DNA from: a virus
Taxonomy: Duplodnaviria > Heunggongvirae > Uroviricota > Caudoviricetes
Strand: one strand, 5' to 3'
DNA: 21,468 nucleotides
Virus record (IMG/VR): IMGVR_UViG_3300029058_000046
Shown in pieces: positions 17,126-21,468 of the stretch. Position numbers and translations under genes: made by a program. Position 1 is the stretch's first letter; each line of letters starts with the position of its first letter. Below the pieces are notes generated by a model. The model saw nothing but the letters and a program-made list of their open reading frames with translations. It ran no database searches and had not been told where the DNA came from.

Positions 17126-17301
17126 TGCTCGGCTGGATGATTGCATTTTTAGCAGTTGGTTTTTTCATCGGTATTGTGGTGATGTCCAGTTGCATTAATG
17201 ACTACATTAAAAACGGTGTTATAGAAAGACGCGGTCGCATTTATCGCATTGTAGAAATAACCAACACCGTGAAGGAGATTAAGGATGATCGTATTAAGTA
17301 A
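17122..17301 (+). CDS. Small membrane protein (59 aa), below the ORF-track cutoff; paralog of the ORF at 17497-17649
   Basis: ATG overlaps the ligase stop (ATGA); GGAGA RBS. N-terminal TM helix (WMIAFLAVGFFIGIVVM) and C-terminal motif RGRIYRIVEIT shared with the 17497 ORF. Confidence 0.4.
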   Translation: MMLGWMIAFLAVGFFIGIVVMSSCINDYIKNGVIERRGRIYRIVEITNTVKEIKDDRIK

Positions 17302-17500
17302 ACGGGAGAAGGAAACGCTTCATGAAATCAGTAAGTGGCCGGAGTTCCCTGAGTACTGGAAGCCTAAAACGCGAGCTAAGTTAGAGCGTTTAGGGTTGGT
17401 TGCAAACGTTTCTGAAACGAAGTGTTCGGCCAACTACCAGTTAACTGATAAAGGGAAAGTATTGCTACAGCAATTAGTAGAATCAGGAGTGTTAAAATGA
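17285..17500 (+). CDS. Hypothetical small protein (71 aa)
   Basis: AAGGAG RBS before the ATG at 17285; overlaps both neighbours. Confidence 0.45.
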   Translation: MIVLSKREKETLHEISKWPEFPEYWKPKTRAKLERLGLVANVSETKCSANYQLTDKGKVLLQQLVESGVLK

Positions 17501-17649
17501 TTCCATACATCTCATTAGCTTTTATGGGTGGCTTCCTTATCGGCTTCGGCATCTGTCGTGACTTAATTAAGCAGGAACTTAAAACCAAAACACTGTGCAT
17601 CGGAAAGCGTGTGTATCGGGTAGTTCATGAAACAAAGGTGAGAAAATGA
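17497..17649 (+). CDS. Small membrane protein (50 aa), paralog of the ORF at 17122-17301
   Basis: ATGA start/stop overlap with the upstream ORF. Shares AF..GF.IG, C.D.IK and G(K/R)R(V/I)YR(V/I)V.ET motifs with the 59-aa ORF. Confidence 0.4.
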   Translation: MIPYISLAFMGGFLIGFGICRDLIKQELKTKTLCIGKRVYRVVHETKVRK

Positions 17650-17936
17650 GCAATTTAACTTCTTGGGAATGGTGGTTGGCAACCTATTTTATGGCAGCCG
17701 GAGTCGCATTCGCTTTTTACGTAGGGCAGTTAGTCGTAAAACTGCTGCTGATTAAATTTGCTAGCCATAAACGTATTGATGATGGCCTGTGGCGTCTTGG
17801 TACCCTTGTGGAAACTCGCTACGGGCAACTTAATGAGAACGAAACCATTACTATCCAAGCGAAACGATTCACTGCCACCATCACAAGAACACCTGATCGT
17901 AGAGTGGCCTTGATCAAAAAAGTCACAACCGAATAA
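17646..17936 (+). CDS. Membrane protein (96 aa)
   Basis: ATGA overlap with the upstream ORF, AGGTGA RBS, N-terminal TM helix (WWLATYFMAAGVAFAFYVGQLVV). Confidence 0.45.
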   Translation: MSNLTSWEWWLATYFMAAGVAFAFYVGQLVVKLLLIKFASHKRIDDGLWRLGTLVETRYGQLNENETITIQAKRFTATITRTPDRRVALIKKVTTE

Positions 17937-18140
17937 AAACATTTCGATAAGTATTTACTTACCTATCTTTTATGTATAAGATGACTTTGTTTTCGTTGAG
18001 ACGCGACTGTTTGAACTTAAATACAAGTGCAAACGAAGAAGTCTATCTGGCAGTAGCCTAATAAGCCAAACACCAGCGAGGTCAGTTTCCAGCCTCGTTA
18101 CCGAAATGGGACACACTGAGCGAGTGTGATTGCAGAACGC

Positions 18141-18164
18141 AGGAGGGAACATTCATGTTCCCTC
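18141..18164. other. 24-nt palindrome GGAGGGAACATTCATGTTCCCTCC; a Shine-Dalgarno-like GGAGGG paired to its complement around an ATG
   Basis: Perfect 11-bp arms read directly. The ATG in the loop opens only a 6-codon ORF (MFPPMK). Confidence 0.4.
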
Positions 18165-18172
18165 CGATGAAG

Positions 18173-18247
18173 TAACAGAATGGGCGGTTGGTATATTTTC
18201 AACTCCATATGACTCCCGGATTCTTAGCCACTGACCGCCCATCCTGT
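18173..18247. other. Long hairpin D: 15-bp stem (aacagaatgggcggt / accgcccatcctgtt, one mismatch) with ~45-nt loop
   Basis: Inverted repeat read directly, in an ORF-free region upstream of the tRNA cluster. Confidence 0.4.
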
Positions 18248-18326
18248 TACGTCATTTTGTTCAATTATGTCGTTTATACTGGGTTAAAAAGCGGCGACGT
18301 AGCCCGGCTGGTATGGTTAGCCAGCA

Positions 18327-18448
18327 CACAACGTTGAGGCCATTACATTTTTATCAATTCTAAGGTTCTATTCACAGAGATACCGGCGAGCGTTGATATG
18401 TAACATGTTGGGCAAACATTCAATCGGAGTAGTGGCCTCAACGTTGTG
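18327..18448. repeat. Hairpin element A: ~20-bp stem (CACAACGTTGAGGCCATTAC / GTAGTGGCCTCAACGTTGTG) around an ~82-nt loop
   Basis: Arms complementary at 18 of 20 positions. Terminal CACAAC...GTTGTG frame shared with hairpins B and C. Confidence 0.45.
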
Positions 18449-18718
18449 AAGACGGGATTGTTGTGTAGGTTTAACCACTGTTGCCATTGGTGCCTGTTTT
18501 CACAACAAATGATTCCATACATCACATTGTATAAATTACAAAGTAGGTGCTGTCCTCAGAAACATCATCTACTTAAAGATTTTGCCTTCTACTATTGAGC
18601 GAAGTCGAAAGCGTCTGGCACTAACGAAAAAAAAGTGCAAGTAGCGGTGCGTTTCCTGGCAGAAACTAAACCGTCGCGATTGGCACTGTTGAGTAATAAA
18701 TACTGGCAGTGCTGAATT

Positions 18719-18793
18719 GATGGTGTAGCTCAGCGGTAGATCAGTTGGCTGTTAACCAACTGGTCGGTGGTTCGAATCCACCCACCATCGCCA
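18719..18793 (+). tRNA. tRNA-Asn (anticodon GUU), CCA encoded
   Basis: Manual fold: acceptor gatggtg/caccatc, anticodon stem gttgg/ccaac with loop CTGTTAA, T-arm ggtgg-ttcgaat-ccacc, discriminator G, CCA. The D-stem has one mismatch. Confidence 0.75.
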
Positions 18794-18798
18794 ATTTA

Positions 18799-18885
18799 GG
18801 GGAGTTAGTCCGTAGAGGTAGCGGTGTAGACTGTAAATCTACTGTCATGGCGACTCGGGTGGTTCGACTCCATCACTCCCCACCA
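18799..18885 (+). tRNA. tRNA-Tyr (anticodon GUA), class II with long variable arm, CCA encoded
   Basis: Acceptor ggggagt/actcccc, anticodon stem-loop gtaga-CTGTAAA-tctac, ~15-nt variable arm, T-loop ttcgact, CCA. Starts 5 nt after tRNA-Asn. Confidence 0.8.
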
Positions 18886-18889
18886 AATT

Positions 18890-18965
18890 GCCGGTTTAGC
18901 TCAGTTGGTAGAGCAGTCGCTTTGTAAGCGAATGGCCAGCGGTTCAAGTCCGTTAACCGGCACCA
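18890..18965 (+). tRNA. tRNA-Thr (anticodon UGU), CCA encoded
   Basis: Canonical D-arm tagctcagttggtagagc, anticodon loop TTTGTAA, T-arm agcgg-ttcaagt-ccgtt, acceptor gccggtt/aaccggc, CCA. Starts 4 nt after tRNA-Tyr. Confidence 0.85.
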
Positions 18966-18966
18966 A

Positions 18967-19055
18967 CACAACAGGTAAGAGCATTGGGCGAATCGGCGAT
19001 ACTGACCCACAAGGCCGTAAATCGATAGAGTCAGACCAGTGCTCTTACCGTTGTG
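18967..19055. repeat. Hairpin element B: ~20-bp stem (CACAACAGGTAAGAGCATTGG / CCAGTGCTCTTACCGTTGTG) around a ~48-nt loop, starting 2 nt after tRNA-Thr
   Basis: Arms complementary with one bulge and one G-T pair. 3' arm shares CTTACCGTTGTG with hairpin C. Confidence 0.45.
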
Positions 19056-19106
19056 AGGAAGTGCAGCTCTTTGAAGCAACCAGAAGATAAGCATCTGGCT
19101 TCACAA

Positions 19107-19185
19107 CACAACGATAAGATCATTACGGTTAATCGTCGTTCATGTGCACAATGACTGGTCGAAAGGTAGTGATCTTACCGTTGTG
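19107..19185. repeat. Hairpin element C: ~20-bp stem (CACAACGATAAGATCATTAC / GTAGTGATCTTACCGTTGTG) around a ~39-nt loop
   Basis: Arms complementary with two non-Watson-Crick positions. Clearly a paralog of hairpin B. Confidence 0.45.
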
Positions 19186-19386
19186 ATGAATGCACAGGCT
19201 GATGTGCCGCAACTACAGTAGTGCGCGCTTTGCGGGGCTTGCTACAACCCTGTGTCGGAGTTCAGCACCGACCATCACAATAGCTGGAGAGTAGGGAGCA
19301 TGGTGCTCAAGCGGTCTTGAAAACCGTCCCATTGCGCAAGCGATGATGGTTCGATTTGAAGTGGTCAACAAAAACTGGCCACCGAG

Positions 19387-20534
<1,148 letters not shown>

Positions 20535-20606
20535 TATGGCACCTGTGTTGTTCTGAGGTGAGCATATCACCTCTGTTCAGGTGGCCAAATTCAGTAAACC
20601 ACTTCA

Positions 20607-21318
20607 CACAAAAGAAATTGCGGCAATGCTCAATGGATACATAGACGAGGGCAAGGCGGCGTCAGCCAAGTTAATCAGATCAACACTGAGCGATGCATTC
20701 CGAGAGGCAATAGCTGAAGGCCATATAACAACAAACCCTGTCGCTGCCACTCGCGCAGCAAAATCAGAGGTAAGGAGATCAAGACTTACGGCTGACGAAT
20801 ACCTGAAAATTTATCAAGCAGCAGAATCATCACCATGTTGGCTCAGACTTGCAATGGAACTGGCTGTTGTTACCGGGCAACGAGTTGGTGATTTATGCGA
20901 AATGAAGTGGTCTGATATCGTAGATGGATATCTTTATGTCGAGCAAAGCAAAACAGGCGTAAAAATTGCCATCCCAACAGTATTGCATGTTGATGCTCTC
21001 GGAATATCAATGAAGGAAACACTTGATAAATGCAAAGAGATTCTTGGCGGAGAAACCATAATTGCATCTACTCGTCGCGAACCGCTTTCATCCGGCACAG
21101 TATCAAGGTATTTTATGCGCGCACGAAAAGCATCAGGTCTTTCCTTCGAAGGGGATCCGCCTACCTTTCACGAGTTGCGCAGTTTGTCTGCAAGACTCTA
21201 TGAGAAGCAGATAAGCGATAAGTTTGCTCAACATCTTCTCGGGCATAAGTCGGACACCATGGCATCACAGTATCGTGATGACAGAGGCAGGGAGTGGGAC
21301 AAAATTGAAATCAAATAA
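20607..21318 (+). pseudogene. int: 3' fragment of a lambda-type tyrosine integrase gene (about residues 111-356), cut off at its 5' end by IS911
   Basis: Translation from TKEIAAMLNGYIDEGKAASAK to ...HKSDTMASQYRDDRGREWDKIEIK matches the recalled phage lambda Int C-terminus, including the catalytic tyrosine region. The track's ORF start at 20581 lies inside the IS911 terminal repeat. Confidence 0.9.
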
Positions 21319-21391
21319 TGATTTTATTTTGACTGATAGTGACCTGTTCGTTGCAACAAATTGATAAGCAATGCTTTTTTATAATGCCAAC

Positions 21392-21406
21392 TTAGTATAA
21401 AAAAGC
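21392..21406 (-). other. Lambda-type att core (GCTTTTTTATACTAA on the minus strand) within attL; P' arm spans ~21319-21391, host attB-side DNA from 21407
   Basis: The segment from the int stop to the core is the reverse complement of the recalled lambda P' arm. Beyond the core the sequence is the attB-side GAAGCCTGC flank, not the phage P arm. Confidence 0.85.
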
Positions 21407-21468
21407 AGGCTTCAACGGATTCATTTTTCTATTTCATAGCCCGGAGCAACCTGTGAACACATTTTCAG

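Noticed and set aside
18601-18712. Four TGGCA(C/G) motifs upstream of the tRNA cluster as sigma-54 promoters
   Set aside because: None is followed at the right spacing by the TTGC -12 element; more likely chance or an unrelated binding motif.
18327-19185. CRISPR array or integron attC sites as explanations for the hairpin elements
   Set aside because: The units are inverted repeats around variable loops with irregular spacing, not regular direct repeats with spacers. No cas or intI gene is present, and the CACAAC/GTTGTG ends match the attC core consensus only loosely.

Overview
This window reads as a mosaic of phage and plasmid-like DNA from an Enterobacteriaceae genome (E. coli/Shigella type), ending at a chromosomal lambda-type attachment junction. 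All calls are from reading the sequence and ORF track by eye; no searches were run, and the lambda Int/att and IS911 identifications rest on recalled sequence. From left to right, almost all genes on the + strand: (1) a 5'-truncated tail fiber gene with internal 40-aa repeats and a C-terminal self-cleaving chaperone domain, two unknown ORFs and a small lipoprotein; (2) a probable lysis cassette (holin-like, endolysin candidate, overlapping Rz/Rz1-like spanin pair); (3) a two-gene cassette of unknown function closed by a strong intrinsic terminator; (4) a small ParA-type partition ATPase with a small partner protein; (5) an antisense GIY-YIG nuclease gene; (6) a replication module (unknown protein, DnaB-family helicase, separate zinc-ribbon/TOPRIM primase) with an antisense secreted Sel1-repeat protein and a lipoprotein; (7) ATP-dependent DNA ligase followed by four small overlapping ORFs, two of them paralogous membrane peptides; (8) an ORF-free ~1.4 kb region holding three tightly packed tRNAs (Asn-GUU, Tyr-GUA, Thr-UGU) among a family of long hairpins with related stems; (9) a complete 1250-bp IS911 with no target-site duplication; (10) the 3' two-thirds of a lambda-type integrase gene, the P' arm, the att core and host attB-side DNA. 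The best candidates for something undescribed are the hairpin family around the tRNAs, the GIY-YIG protein with an unassigned C-terminal domain, the unknown two-gene cassette, and the Sel1/lipoprotein pair. The IS911 junction suggests a parAB-carrying phage-plasmid-like element joined to a decayed lambda-type prophage, or an assembly chimera.
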